DNA of 64,000 nt from Marsupella aquatica (Eukaryota; Plantae; Marchantiophyta). Positions 51,904 through 64,000 of the stretch are shown piece after piece. The stretch's first letter is position 1; the number at the start of each line of letters is the position of its first letter. The stretch lies in contig OZ316892.1 in the NCBI GenBank assembly GCA_973895155.1, positions 27,614,307 through 27,678,306 of the forward strand, read 5' to 3'. Below the pieces are notes generated by a model, which had not been told where the DNA came from, searched no databases, and saw only the letters and a list, made by a program, of their open reading frames with translations. Both the position numbers and the translations under genes were made by a program.

Positions 51904-52948
51904 ATGGTGGGGATGCTTGTTCGTAGAGTGGATAGGCAAAAGAAGAAAACACTCAACAAAAGCCTGGTACACAACTGCAACAACAACAGCTGTGGGGGAA
52001 AGAGTAACCGAAGCAATTTATCAATCCTAATGCAAGCGAAACAGGTGGCCACAAGTAGCCCTAGCAACAATAAAGTCACAAGTATCATCCCCCTCTACCA
52101 ATACCTCACCATTCCGGCAACTTTCTTGACAAGGTTGTGGGCGCATAAAAGGATTTGGGCCAAAACTCGTTTACTCTTGCGGAATTCATGGCAAACCAAC
52201 ATGCTTCCAATTGAATAACGTTCTAGACTGTGATTTTGAACTGGCGAACTCACAACAACAAAAGTATGGTAGTGGATACGACCCTACTAGCAATTGCCAG
52301 TGCGAGCAAGTGGGACAGGGTCAGGGTCAAGGCCAGGGCCAGGAGTCTGGCCCTGAGGAATATGCTCGTTTGCCCCCTCAAAGCAGAGAGCATGGAGGGA
52401 GGAAGACACTGGTCCTTGACCTGGATGAAACTCTAGTCCACTCATCATTCAAGATGGTCCCCCACTATGACTTCAATATCATGGTGGAGGTTGAGGGCAA
52501 GCCTTGTAGTGTGTATGTGATAAAACGGCCTGGGGTGGACCAGTTCTTAGAAGCAATGGCTAAGGTGTTTGAGGTGGTGTTGTTCACAGCAAGCTTGAGA
52601 AAGTATGCAGACCCATTGCTTGATATTTTGGATAGACACAATGCTATCAGTTTTAGGAGATATCGAGAGTCCTGCAGGCAAATGGAAGGGGGTTTAGTGA
52701 AGGATCTCACCATGTTGGGCCGTGATCTCTCCAAGGTCATCATTATTGATAATAGCCCTCACTCCTACATGCTGCAGCCAGCCAACGCAATTCCAATTGG
52801 TAATTTCATTGATGACATGAGAGATCGACAACTTCTTGACCTCCTCCCGGATTTGGAAGAGATTGCCCAGATGGATAGCCATGATCCTAATAACTTTCCC
52901 AAGATTAGCCGGTCCAGGAGTAGATCCAACTCAGCCAGCCGCAGTTAA
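51904..52948 (+). pseudogene. Intronless SCP1/CTDSP-like small CTD phosphatase (FCP1/NIF HAD domain), N-terminus out of frame
   Basis: KTLVLDLDETLVHSSF, YVIKRPGVDQFL, FTASLRKYADPLLDILD, VKDL..LGRDLSKVIIIDNSP in ORF 52211-52948. No in-frame ATG precedes the DxDxT motif. The upstream ATG ORF (51904-52218) is in another frame. Confidence 0.75.
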
Positions 52949-55900
52949 TAAGAAGCACGCTTCCTCTTCCAGCCCATATTTCCTCTTATCCACCTCATCT
53001 CTCTCTTTTGGTCTTTTGGCCCAATTCATGGTTTAGGCTTCCCAAATGTACATGTGGAAAGGACATGGCTTCAATGATTCTGAAAGACTGGAAAAATCTT
53101 GAAAACATGACACTAAAATATATGTGATTGTTTTGGTAGGTACATACCATTCTAAAGTTGTGAGCAGTCAAATGTTACACCTGAATTGTTGGAATTACTA
53201 TGCTTGTTAATGTTGCAAAGCTCATGGGCTCTCGAGGGCCTCACTCCAAGAGGGGTCCCATATCACGCCCAAAGTTTTTGAGTAATAAGCACCCTAAAAC
53301 TTAAGAAAATAAAGTAAATTTTTACTATTTTATATCCCTAATTCTAGTAATATTCCCACATTTGGTATTAAAAAACCCATATAGCTCTTATAACTCTCAA
53401 AATTGGATTAAAACACCCCTATATTTCTTCAACAAATTTTTTAAAGTCTTCCATGCGATTGAATTGAAAACGGGATTGAAAAAACCCTAACTTCTTTGCG
53501 CACGATGGGTCGAAAGGAAAGCACTGAGGACCCGGGGCATGGGCTATTAATGGCTATATCATTGGCAGCCATATTCATGGATTGTTGTGCTCACAGCATT
53601 GCAAAAACAGATCATAATCAATTAGCGCTACTCGTAACACCCCCCCCCCCCCCGGCAACACCCCTGGTAACACCCAATCCACTGGCGCATGCATGCTTGC
53701 TCGATAGCACTGTTAAGATCCTGATGAGCCGACAATTGATCTATCAGCCGGGCTATAACCCACACCATACCCTCCTCTCAATGTGGAAACCTGACTCCTG
53801 GACTGCTTCATAGTATTAGATATTGTCATCTTGAGCAACCAGTACTTTCTATCACACGAGCTCTAGATTGGTCTGTCCTTGAACAAAGATATCATTTGTG
53901 TGACAGATTTTTATGCATCACATGGGCATAAGCCTCAACTTTTGCCTCCCCTCCCAACTTACCCAACTCGTATACACCTCACCTTTAAATCTCCTCCTTG
54001 GTTCTCAACTTTATATATCAATTTCATATAATATTGTTGTAACCGTTTCCAGTTCCAACCCAACTGTACCTGTGCCCCGAGCTTGATGGTCTAAAGGCTT
54101 CACTCTAGACAGTATGCCCATATCCTCCTAGCTTTTGATCACGCTTTATAAGATAGCTGTACTTCTTCCAATGAATGCGAAAGTGATGGCAGGTCCTCCT
54201 AAGTTTTTAGTCAAACTTAATTAATGATCTATCTAAGCTTTCTTTTGGCTGCATGGAATTCATTATGGACAAGAGAAAGGAGTGAGCCCGTGGGACGCCG
54301 CTACAAGGGAGGAATGAGAGTACTCAGAGCTATAAGAGCAGATCATGGGATCTCTATCCCAATTGCTTGGAGAAGATTCTTGAGTTTGCATAGGCTGATG
54401 ATGATGGATCTTGATCCCATATATTTTGGTCAGATGAGACTCTTAAGTTTGCTTAGGATCTATGAGAACATACATTGTAACTAGAATGTAAAAATGAGAT
54501 TTAAGTAACAATGCTAGGCTTTCATAGATAGCATTTTTTGATACTGTTTGAGCTCAACGGTTTGGATGGAGATCACATCCGAGGCACTTTTGATTTTTAT
54601 ATCTGAAAAATCATTCATTGTAAAGTCATGAAATGTTCTAAGCTTGGATGGACTGGTGGGTTGGCTTTGAAGCCGGGATGGACTTTCAATTGGCAGGTCG
54701 TGTAAAAAGACTAGGATAGTACCAATACGGTTTCAACTGAAATGTGACGTGTGAACGGTCTCCTGACTGTTTGCAGTCTATTAAGTTGGTTTACCTGGTG
54801 GTAAGTCACTTCTCATGGCAAAACTACTCAAGGCATCCTTCACAAAAGTGAAATGTCCATTTTCAGTTGACGTAGAATATTTTCATCTACTGAAATATCT
54901 TTTAATGCTGATTGGAAATGAAGAATATGATGAAAAGCCTCAAACTGTGTTAGTAATAGATTGGACATGCAAAATTTGGGTTCAAACAAATATACAAAAG
55001 TTGTCTAAGCAAATGGACAAGTATGCCAAAAACCACCAGCTTAAACCTACCTGGAAAAACTATCATTGTGCTCATTGGAATGGAGAATATGATAAAAGGT
55101 CTCAAACTTTGTTAGTTAGTAGATTGGAGATGCAGAATTTGAGTTTCAACAAATTTATAAAAGCTGGTTAAATAAATGGACAAGTATTGAAATCTTCTTC
55201 TGAGAATAGGAAGCAGCCTAGGGAGTGCGACCATTGATGAGAGTCAGAGTAGCCTGACGGACCAGCAAGAAGTTCTGAGTAACAGGCTCAAGTTTACTTG
55301 TAGGCACCACAAAATGAATCCTGACTGGGACCTTGAGAGAGTACTTGGTTGAGGCTCTTCAGGTTCTTATGGCCAGACTAGTTGCCTTGGGTGTTTTTGT
55401 GCATCGTATGTTCCCTTTGCTAGGGCTGCCTTCGTCCCCTTGCTTGGCTTTCGAGGGCCATTGCGCCCTCCTTTTCAAAAACTATACATCAGTAAATAAA
55501 GAAATAAAATTAAAATGGACAAGTATGTCACAAACCACCAATTTATGAAACTGAAGCCAAGATGGACCACCATGTCGGGAATAATGCTCCGGGCCCGTAT
55601 ACTACCACATTCTGATGGTATGTCCATGGGAGTTTGAATTGGGGCCCATAACTTGATGATTATGACTCCTACAATAATTTTTAGTTTTGCACCTGCAAGG
55701 CAACTAGAGTAGAAGTAGATATACCTGAACACAAAGTAACCCAAATATTCCATATTAACACAATCGAACCTACCCCTCTGCAATCTGTGACAAAATACTC
55801 AACCCAAATGGCCAAAAATTCACTGTCACTTTCATGGAAGTGTAGTTTACATACTACTCTAGAATATTCCTGAAAAATATTGAAATATACGAGGGTAACT

Positions 55901-56300
55901 TATTAGAAAACCTCAAATTTTGGTAAATGTGGTCCATTATTTGGGGTTTCAATGACTAACCTTGGGGTCCATGGAGGCTTCCAATTCACCAGTTTACACT
56001 TCGAGGCGGCAATGGCGAAACGATTAAACGAAGGTCAGCCCAACTCTTAAGCTTGTGTGTGTTTGGCGTGTGGACAATTTTGATGTCCGCGTTTCAATTC
56101 AGTCCCTACACGCTCATCAGGAGCATTCGTTTCCGCTCTTATGCACTATGGACGAAGCAAATTGGGCGAAATACGCAGTGAATTTGGGAGATGTGGATGC
56201 ATGAATTCGGATTCCTTCGAAGAATTTCCATATCTTCCAGCTTGCTTCCTCTCAGATAGCATTCCCGGTGGCTTGTAGCATCAAGGGCCGAAGGGTGGCG

Positions 56301-57854
56301 ATGGAGGTGGGAGAAGAGGCTGGGCTGAAGCTTCAGAGCACTCCAAAACTGCGTGACTTTCTCCGAACGGTAGCTGCTGCCACTACGGTCTCCGAGAAGT
56401 CCCGTGCAGCAGCACTGAATTACACAGAAGATAAAACCGTGTTTGTCCCTGAGTATGTATATAGAGACCTTGGACCAAGCGATCGGTCACCAATTCACCA
56501 AGTCCTCGCCGGTTCTTCAATCTTCCTGGAGAGCCCTAGACCTCGTGAACAGGTGTGCTTTTGTTCCTCCCCATTGATGATTTTGATCTGCATAACTAGA
56601 TCTGTGTTCAAATTGAATCTTTTGTTAGGAATATCTGTAAAAGTATTGGTCGAGTACGCTAATTGAATTGGGCGTTAGGAACAAAATATCACCTTGTGGG
56701 CAGAGATGGTAGAAAAAGTAATTGATTTTTAATAGTCCAATGCGAAGCGCCACAAAGACCATTGGAGAATCCATCGGTCAATGGATATATTGAAGATTTG
56801 GAGAGTGAAAGTCACTGCTGTAGGTAGACAGAGGCAGAGGGATGGTTACTTACTTTTGAAGCCTTTTACGTCTTGCTGTAACTGGATTGAGCAGCATTCA
56901 TGAATCTCTCAGCACATAAAATGTTGGCATGTGTTCTTAAAGTCTAATCAATTTACACCTTGGGGACTAAAATCGGTATATAACACATGAAAACTCTTTT
57001 GTTTTGCAGAGTCGGGAGCTGAAAGCACGACTCAAGAAGTTGCAGGAGTTGGAAAAGCAATACGATGAGCTGGTGCAGGACATCACAAAGCAAACTGAGG
57101 AGAAAGAGCATTTTTCCTCCTACCTGGGTTTTGGTACAGTATTACTTACTCCATCCGAAGGATTTTCTTGCTGAGGTCTGTAGGCTGGTTTCCGTGTTTG
57201 TAGAAATACTTGAAGGTCATATTGACGTTTATTTGGAATATTGTTGTCATGTCAATATATTGCTAAGACTGGGGGTCATCATGCAAGTGATGGTATTGTC
57301 CAGATGAAATGTTTATTTTTTGCTTCCGAATTGTGTCGAGTGTATGGCAGTGGGCACCAATTTGCCTAAAATAATTTGATTTTTGTGGTGTGATAGGTCT
57401 TTACGTGGCAGTAACTATGATCATCAGTTTTGCATTTGGTTACACAGTCTTCAGTTCACTATTCCGTGAAACTCATGCTCTTGTAAGTTTGTGCTTCTAT
57501 AATTGTGGATCCTACGGCTGTTAGTGATGTTTTTGGGACCCGGTACAATCGTGTAGGCAATGTGCAATTCAGAATGAACACGGTGAGAAATAGGTGACTT
57601 TGATTTTATATTCTTTGCTTTAATACAGGAGTCTCATAGTTGGTGACGCATGGATGGGAACAAGACAGAGTCCTCTGTTGGCTCTCGTTTATCTTTATCG
57701 TTATGCGAGGGAGTCGAGGTTATTCTCATGTACATTATAAAGTCGTAGTTGGTGGGATTTGCAGCATGCAGCCGGTGGAGCACTGGGTTTGATAGCAGGG
57801 ATGGTAATGGAAACTCTTCTCTTATTGTACGAGACGTACAAGGGAGAAAAATGA
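56301..57854 (+). CDS. V-ATPase assembly factor Vma12/TMEM199-like (4 exons)
   Basis: Exons 56301-56552, 57010-57133, about 57397-57482 and 57765-57854: LAGSSIFLESPRPREQ/SRELKARLKKLQE..YDELVQDIT..FSSYLGFG/LYVAVTM..GY..F/AAGGALGL..GMVMETLL. Two C-terminal transmembrane segments. Confidence 0.85.
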
Positions 57855-59908
57855 AGAAGTAAGCAAAAGGGAGAAAGGAAGGGCTCGCAAGCAAGCTCAA
57901 GAAAGCAAGACTAACAATCCAGGCACCTCTTCATACTCTGCATGTGCTGAAGCACATCTGAAGCGATTCAGCAGATGAAAATTGTGAGCTTCCTACCACT
58001 TATTTTGACAGTTTTTGGAAGGTATGTTTGTCTTTCTCTTGTGGTTTCTTGGTGTTCTCGACTGGACCCTTACGTACATAGCTAATTGAATTGTTGCATT
58101 GGAGCCAAGGACGTTCTGCCCATAGTAAGGTGTCCATTTGGGTTGTAAGCCATTATTTTGTGTGGCCAAATTTAATGGGAGAGCTCAAGTGACGAGTATC
58201 AAGCAGACCATTGTTGGAAAGTCAAAATATTGTGAATGTTTCAATCCCTGGAACTTCCTTCTCTAATTGTGTTAAAATGTTTTGTAAACCTTGGATCAGG
58301 GAGACAATTTGCGAGACTAGAATCGCCAGACCTCGTTTACTGACCATCACGACGAGGAACTCCCATGAATATATAGGGATTTTGACAGATGGAGATTGAT
58401 AGGGAATTAGGGTGCTTCGTGATGGACCACAACGATAAAAGACAGGCGGATAGCGTAGGTTACAAAAGCGCATGAGGCAATAGTTGGCATGTTCAGGCTT
58501 TCACTCGTCCATCATACGAGAAAGGAGCCCAAGGCTTATGTCGGATGTTTTTTTCGTGGAAATAAGTTTTCCGGGATTTAGATTGTGTAATTAAATAGAT
58601 GCTTAACTTTGAGTACGAGACATTGAACGAGCCCTTCTGTTTCTGTATTTGTTGGATGGAGCGTTTTGGTCTCCATATGGACATGATAATGGCTCTGTGA
58701 TTGAGAGTGCGCTGTTGAGGTTTGCGGCGATCCTTTTAGCCAGGAGAACTCGTAACATTAGCTTCACCTATCTTGATCATTTTTGAAGACATCACTATAT
58801 CATACTGAGAAACGTAACAATAGTTGAAATTAGCATCCCTTCCCAGCGAACAATCGAGAAAATATGATCTTGAGAGGCCTAGATTGAAAGTATGTTCTGA
58901 GAAAAAAATGTATTACTTCTTGAATGCAAAGAACCGGATAGCAAATACCTGCAGGACTTTTCTTGCTACGGTTTTGGTCTTGTCTATTCAGATCTGATGG
59001 GAAGCTTCGGTATTTGACGATTGAACGTTTGTCCCTACAGTATTCATGCACGGGGTTCAATTGAGGTCTAATATTGTTGTGTTTTAGTCCAGGCAAAGTA
59101 GTCTTTAATTCGATTGCCGCTTTTCATGTCCTCATGTCTCGGTAGCCTTTCAAGCTGTTTCCACATGGGATACAATCACGAAATTTCGGCAATAAGTCCC
59201 GAATGCTTAATATCCCTTGTGAGAGACCGAAGAGGAGCAATGCGAAGTGAGAAACTACAAAGCTTATGGAATTGCAAATACTCTAACAGAAGGAGCATGT
59301 CTATCAAAAAACGAGACAAGCGAGAACCCTTAGCATTAAAGAGGTTTGAAACCTGTCCAGACGGTCAAGTCAATAGTAGTGTTCAAAGACCCCAAGTGCC
59401 TCGGTCGTTGACAACATCCCAGTTCAATTTAACGAGAAAACATCAGCTCACTGTGCAGGTGAGGTTCGACACAGTTGACAGCCAGTTGAAAGAGGACGAA
59501 TTGGGTCTAGCGCACCATCAGCTCCGCAAAGTCAATGTGATGTGGAAAAACTTTGAAAACTGCATGCCAACTCAACTAAGCACGTGTAAAATCACAGAGC
59601 ATGGGTAGATGACACTCAGATGCACGACATTAGCCACCTCGAGCTACCAAATTTGTCGAGCCAATGGAAACAGCAACTCCTACTGCTGAGCACAGTTCAA
59701 AACCTGCTGAATGTCAAGCTTTTTCTTTTATTTTCCGTTTATTCATTGATGTGCACTGGAGATAGCAGTAATCACAACTCTACAATATAAGCGAGACACT
59801 TTTGGATATATACAAAACTTGGGTTACACCCTACTCGTTTCTGGAGAGCCATTTGGTTAGGAAATGTCCCTGGATCAATCCATCGACCCTAATTCTTTGC
59901 AGCCATCT

Positions 59909-60419
59909 TCAATAAGGTCCAGAAGTAGCAGTACTCATTTGTGCTTCCAAATGTTCCAATTGCCGTTCAAGGGTGGCCAACTTCTCATTCAACGTCGCTA
60001 GCTTACTCCTAGTAGTCGTTTCTGTTCCATTGCCATAGAAGATGACCATGCCAAATTCAATTACGACAGAATCATGCGCACTTATATACAGAATTTGTAA
60101 AACTGTAAACCATGCAGTGAAGGTTGGCTGCGCCTTGTGAACACCACTCCTTTAAGTCATTTACATGACATCAAACAAAACCTCCACAAACCTTCAACAC
60201 TACAGACCCTAGATCAACTGAAAAACTTCGAGGTCCTGCAATTCGCATGATCAACCTAGGGATGTGCGCTTTGCATTGGTGAAATTTCCGGGGGCACTTA
60301 CCAAATTCAAGCAGAAACTCGAAGAGGCGACGCACATTGAGGGCCAACGAGGAGGAGAATTGACGGTTGTCCCAATCCGCCTGCACTGCAATCCCCACGC
60401 TCAAACTACTGTTATTCAT
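59909..60419 (-). CDS. BRK1: BRICK1/HSPC300, SCAR/WAVE complex subunit (2 exons)
   Basis: Exons 60419-60302 and 60021-59909: VGIAVQADWDNRQF..LNVRRLFEFLLEF/ETTTRSKLATLNEKLATLERQLEHLEAQMSTA. Confidence 0.95.
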
Positions 60420-61894
60420 CCTTGTTGCCGCTCTCCTTCACCCTGACCATACAATTTCTATCCCAGACTGTCCTTCTCAAAGTCCTGTGCTCAGCAGAAG
60501 CCTCTTCCGGGACAATCGGCCAGCGCCCATGCAACAGGATTCAGCAGCGCCAGCAGCAGTGGCGATCTGTTTGTCTGAGGACAACAACGTCGCAGCAATG
60601 CAACAGCATCACTAGCAGCGATATCTTCGTCAGCGCAGCTCAACAGATATGAACGGCACAAGATAATGTTGCAGAACCAAATGAGAAGCGCTAGCAGTAG
60701 CACGAGGAAGGAGAAGGAGGAGCAGCAGCAGTCGACATTACAGCAAGTTCTCTATCTCAGCTGCTTTATGCGATGCATGTAGTCTGACTATTAAACTAAC
60801 AACATCCCTAAGATCTATGATCGCAGCTGTGGAACCAAGGAAGCACAGACTCGCCCCCCCATTGTAAGAAACAGCGACAAGAGGATGAAATTTCTTCACC
60901 TCAGTCCACAGCAGCTTAAACATTGCCACTCACATTCGCCGAAGAAGCAATCAAACAAAAGAGAAGGATGAAATTTGGGCAACAAAGGTGCCGCATGTCC
61001 CACAGAGTCGAACATGACGGATCCATTTCGGATCTCATGGGCGAACCTTAGGACCTCAGAAAAGGCAGACAAGACGACCTTCTCACGGAAAAGTGAACCT
61101 AGTGCAATGCAGTACCGTAGAGAGTTCACGAACAGCAACAAATCAACCAATCCTTCGTGATCTGTACTCACCTCCCGGGATGTGATTCTGGTCCCTTGAA
61201 TCGTCTCAGTACTCATCAGAAGCTCAGGTGTTGGAGATCGTTTTTTCACCTAGTGTACAAAGCGAAGTGGTCCGAAATCCGATGCGAAGAGTAAGGCCGA
61301 AAGAGTGGGCGGAGTGTGGGAAACCCCACATTACGTTGACCAGTGGAATCGACGGTCAAAGTCTTTTCTCCGCAGCCTCCGCTCACATCTAAAGAAACAG
61401 GACTCACGCCTGTACTAAACGTTGCCGTCCCCAAAGTAACGGCCACGCTCCGCCTCCGTGCCATGTACTAGGCATTCGAGATTGGGGACGCATTATTCTG
61501 CATAGGTGCTCAGCCCAGTTCACGATAAAATCTTCGTTGGTTGCTCCACGGGAAAGAAATACAGTACAGTACAATCTGTCCGGTTCGCTGCGCTGAAAGA
61601 CCAGGTCCGACAGCTTCTCCTTCACTGCTCTGCTCTTTCATATCTGACAGAAATAGTGAGATCGATGCAACGCTCCATTGATAATGTCCCGACATTCAAC
61701 GCAAACTTGTAGGCTCTGGTTCTCAGCTTCTCCTTCACATCTTCGTTTTCACAGAAAGATGGAGATTGCTGCAATGCTACAATGAGTGACGATGTCCCGA
61801 CCTTCAATGCAAATATAAAGGCTGAAGTTCGGAGACGAAAAAGCTAGTGAAGTGGACGGGCGCAAAGGCGAGCAGAATTTGGTTCATTGGCAGT

Positions 61895-63669
61895 CGGCTT
61901 GATCATATTTGGTGTCGGAGAAACGTCGAATTGGCGGGCCGGTAGATGCAAATGGTGATCTAGCCAGTCGATATTCTCTACCGCCCTTGGCAGTTTGAAT
62001 TACGCTGTCCGCATGTAATTTAGCTCCACCGCATGGTGAAGAAACATCGGTGGAATATCGTGCATCGGATTGATCTTTTCGTCATGTAGTATCACTCGTT
62101 AATCCTGGTAACCCCTGAGGTTTTTCGAAAGAGTCGAACCCTCAAAGGATTTGGATCTTTACCTTGAAGATTTTAGGTTGGGTGAGGGGACAACCGAAAT
62201 TTGTCAGCCAGGTAATCGAATTGACATCTAAAATCGATACAGATAATGGACAATCGCCTGTGGAGGCCAGCTGCACAGCGCAGCGTCCGCAATGCTTGGG
62301 GATACATTCAAGGACAACAGTCTGCCTGGTCCACAGCTTCAAGTAATGCTCGTTCGGCAGCTACGAATCTCGTCAATGCATACCTCTCGGACAGGTACTC
62401 CCTCTTTAGCAAGCCTTTCTGATTGCACTCCTCGCACTGCGGTCTTTACTCCTCTCGAAAGGCAATTCATGAGGAAAGTCGTAGAAGAGAACGATCATAC
62501 CCTCAGTGCGATGAGGTTGTTTCAGTGAGCTTGAGTTTAATTTCCTTCTGGACTTTTTTTTGTCACTGCCTAGTTTCTCTTTAGCAGTAGTTTACTTAAT
62601 CAATTCACTCGAACTTCTTTCATTTTCTTCCTACCGTTGCTTTGGCCATCTTGTATTTTCAATGCGATTGATTCCTTCCTACCTTCGCTCCTGTCCTTCA
62701 CTCATTTGTGGGTTTGTACCCTCTGTCGCGTGTCCTAATTCAGGGATGTGGGGATTTTTTTCTATGCATCCTTTGATTGCTTTGATTCATTGCTAGCTGG
62801 GCTGTGGATGTTGAGTTTTGTGATCCAGCAAGCCTCCAATAAATTCGTCCTTGAAGCAGAAGCACGTTGTTCTATGTTACTCTCTAGTTCTGTACTTCTG
62901 CAGTGATGGAACTGGCAACCATAGTCAATCCTATTCCTTAAACCCTAAACCCCAGGCAAGAAGCAGCTTAATCTCCTCAAAACAACATCTGGTGCTTTGA
63001 AGTGATTTAGGTGCGATGGATCTCGGAGTACTTGCGGACATGGAAGGCATCCGGGATAAGGCAAGAATCAAGTTGCGAGAATTGCAGGCAAGGCCTCGAT
63101 TGTTGTTTAAATTTGCTTCGCACTACCTAGGAAATGTTAAGAAATTTGATGGTTGTTTTCTCGAGAGGAGACAACAAACGGTTGCGAGTAATTTACGGGT
63201 GATTTGCATGCAGGAAAAGTACTTGCTTCAATACCTGAAAAGCTATGATGCTCTGGTGAGTCCCAGCCTCGAGTTTACCTTATACAAGTTTTATTTTGTA
63301 GCCTGGGTGAAATCATTCAAAGCCCATTTACAGTTTTGTTTTCATAAGCTGTCTAGCTCCTAGTCAGGGAATTCTTACTTGTACTCTAAGAAGGTTTATT
63401 CACAACTTTTCATCGTTGTTTGCAAGGTAGGAATGACAATGATTATGTAAAGGATGCAGATTTTCAATAATTACTATGCCCATAATATTGTGTATTGCAG
63501 GTGAATGCGGTGTTTGAAATGAGGAATCTATCTACATCGATGAGAACCTATGTGAAAGATTCTGACGGGGGACCTCTGATCGAATTCACTAAGAATCCCA
63601 CCATTCGTGGCGATACAGGAGATGGTGGTGGAGTGGGTGTCTTCGGGACTTTGCCTCTTTGCACATTTG
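61895..63669 (+). CDS. Conserved plant protein of unknown function, multi-exon, start unclear and probably continuing past the last exon seen
   Basis: Exons ..LIIFGVGETSNW, (W)VRGQPKFVSQ, ATNLVNAYLSD, 63003-63087 AMDLGVLADMEGIRDKARIKL, 63214-63255 EKYLLQYLKSYDAL and 63501-63669 SMRTY..GPLIEF..DTGDGGGVGVF. Splice phases from the ATNLVNAYLSD exon onward are consistent. Confidence 0.7.
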
Positions 63670-64000
63670 GTAATTCTCTCGCAGCACGTGTATGTTTCTC
63701 TCTTTAGCGTCGCTCTTTAGCAGTGAGTCTACCATTTTACCATTTTTTGCGACAAAAAGTTCAGGTCCCCCCTGTACTGTCAAGTTTTGCCGTGCTATCA
63801 TGACTCTCACAGAGCTGCTCGACCTGTTTGATCTAGTGGTTTTGGATCAGTTCATATTATTTTGACACAATTGTCAAAAGGTTCGTCCTTCACCATAATG
63901 GCAAATGGACGCCAATCTCTACTAATGGTTATGATTCTGCATCTTAATTGAGTACGAATTATGGATCGTGATGTGGGCAGAGGTCTTGGCAAAGGAACTG

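Overview
AT-rich eukaryotic nuclear DNA from a land plant, most plausibly a bryophyte or liverwort. That guess rests on spliced GT-AG genes, plant-type proteins and telo-boxes; the species cannot be determined. Recognisable genes, left to right: a multi-exon EMB2737-like DnaJ-type zinc-finger protein (-), a TRF4/PAPD5-like non-canonical poly(A) polymerase (+), a small conserved plant protein (+), a decayed UDP-glycosyltransferase pseudogene (+), NMD3 (-), a spliced atypical protein-kinase fragment (+), mitochondrial ribosomal mL40-like (-), a GSTCD-like methyltransferase (-), an intronless SCP1/CTDSP-like phosphatase (+), Vma12/TMEM199-like (+), BRICK1 (-) and a conserved unknown plant gene running off the right edge (+). 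Between the genes lie an internally deleted Ty1/copia element with a nested TIR element, a probable LINE remnant, dispersed repeats and several tandem arrays. I found no clear new multi-gene system. The most unusual signals are (i) a tandem array of about 95-bp units that each resemble a tRNA/Pol III A-box plus T-arm module, (ii) an intron-containing kinase fragment unlike ordinary plant kinases, and (iii) a cluster of frameshifted genes in the right third. All family assignments come from motif recognition from memory, not from database searches.
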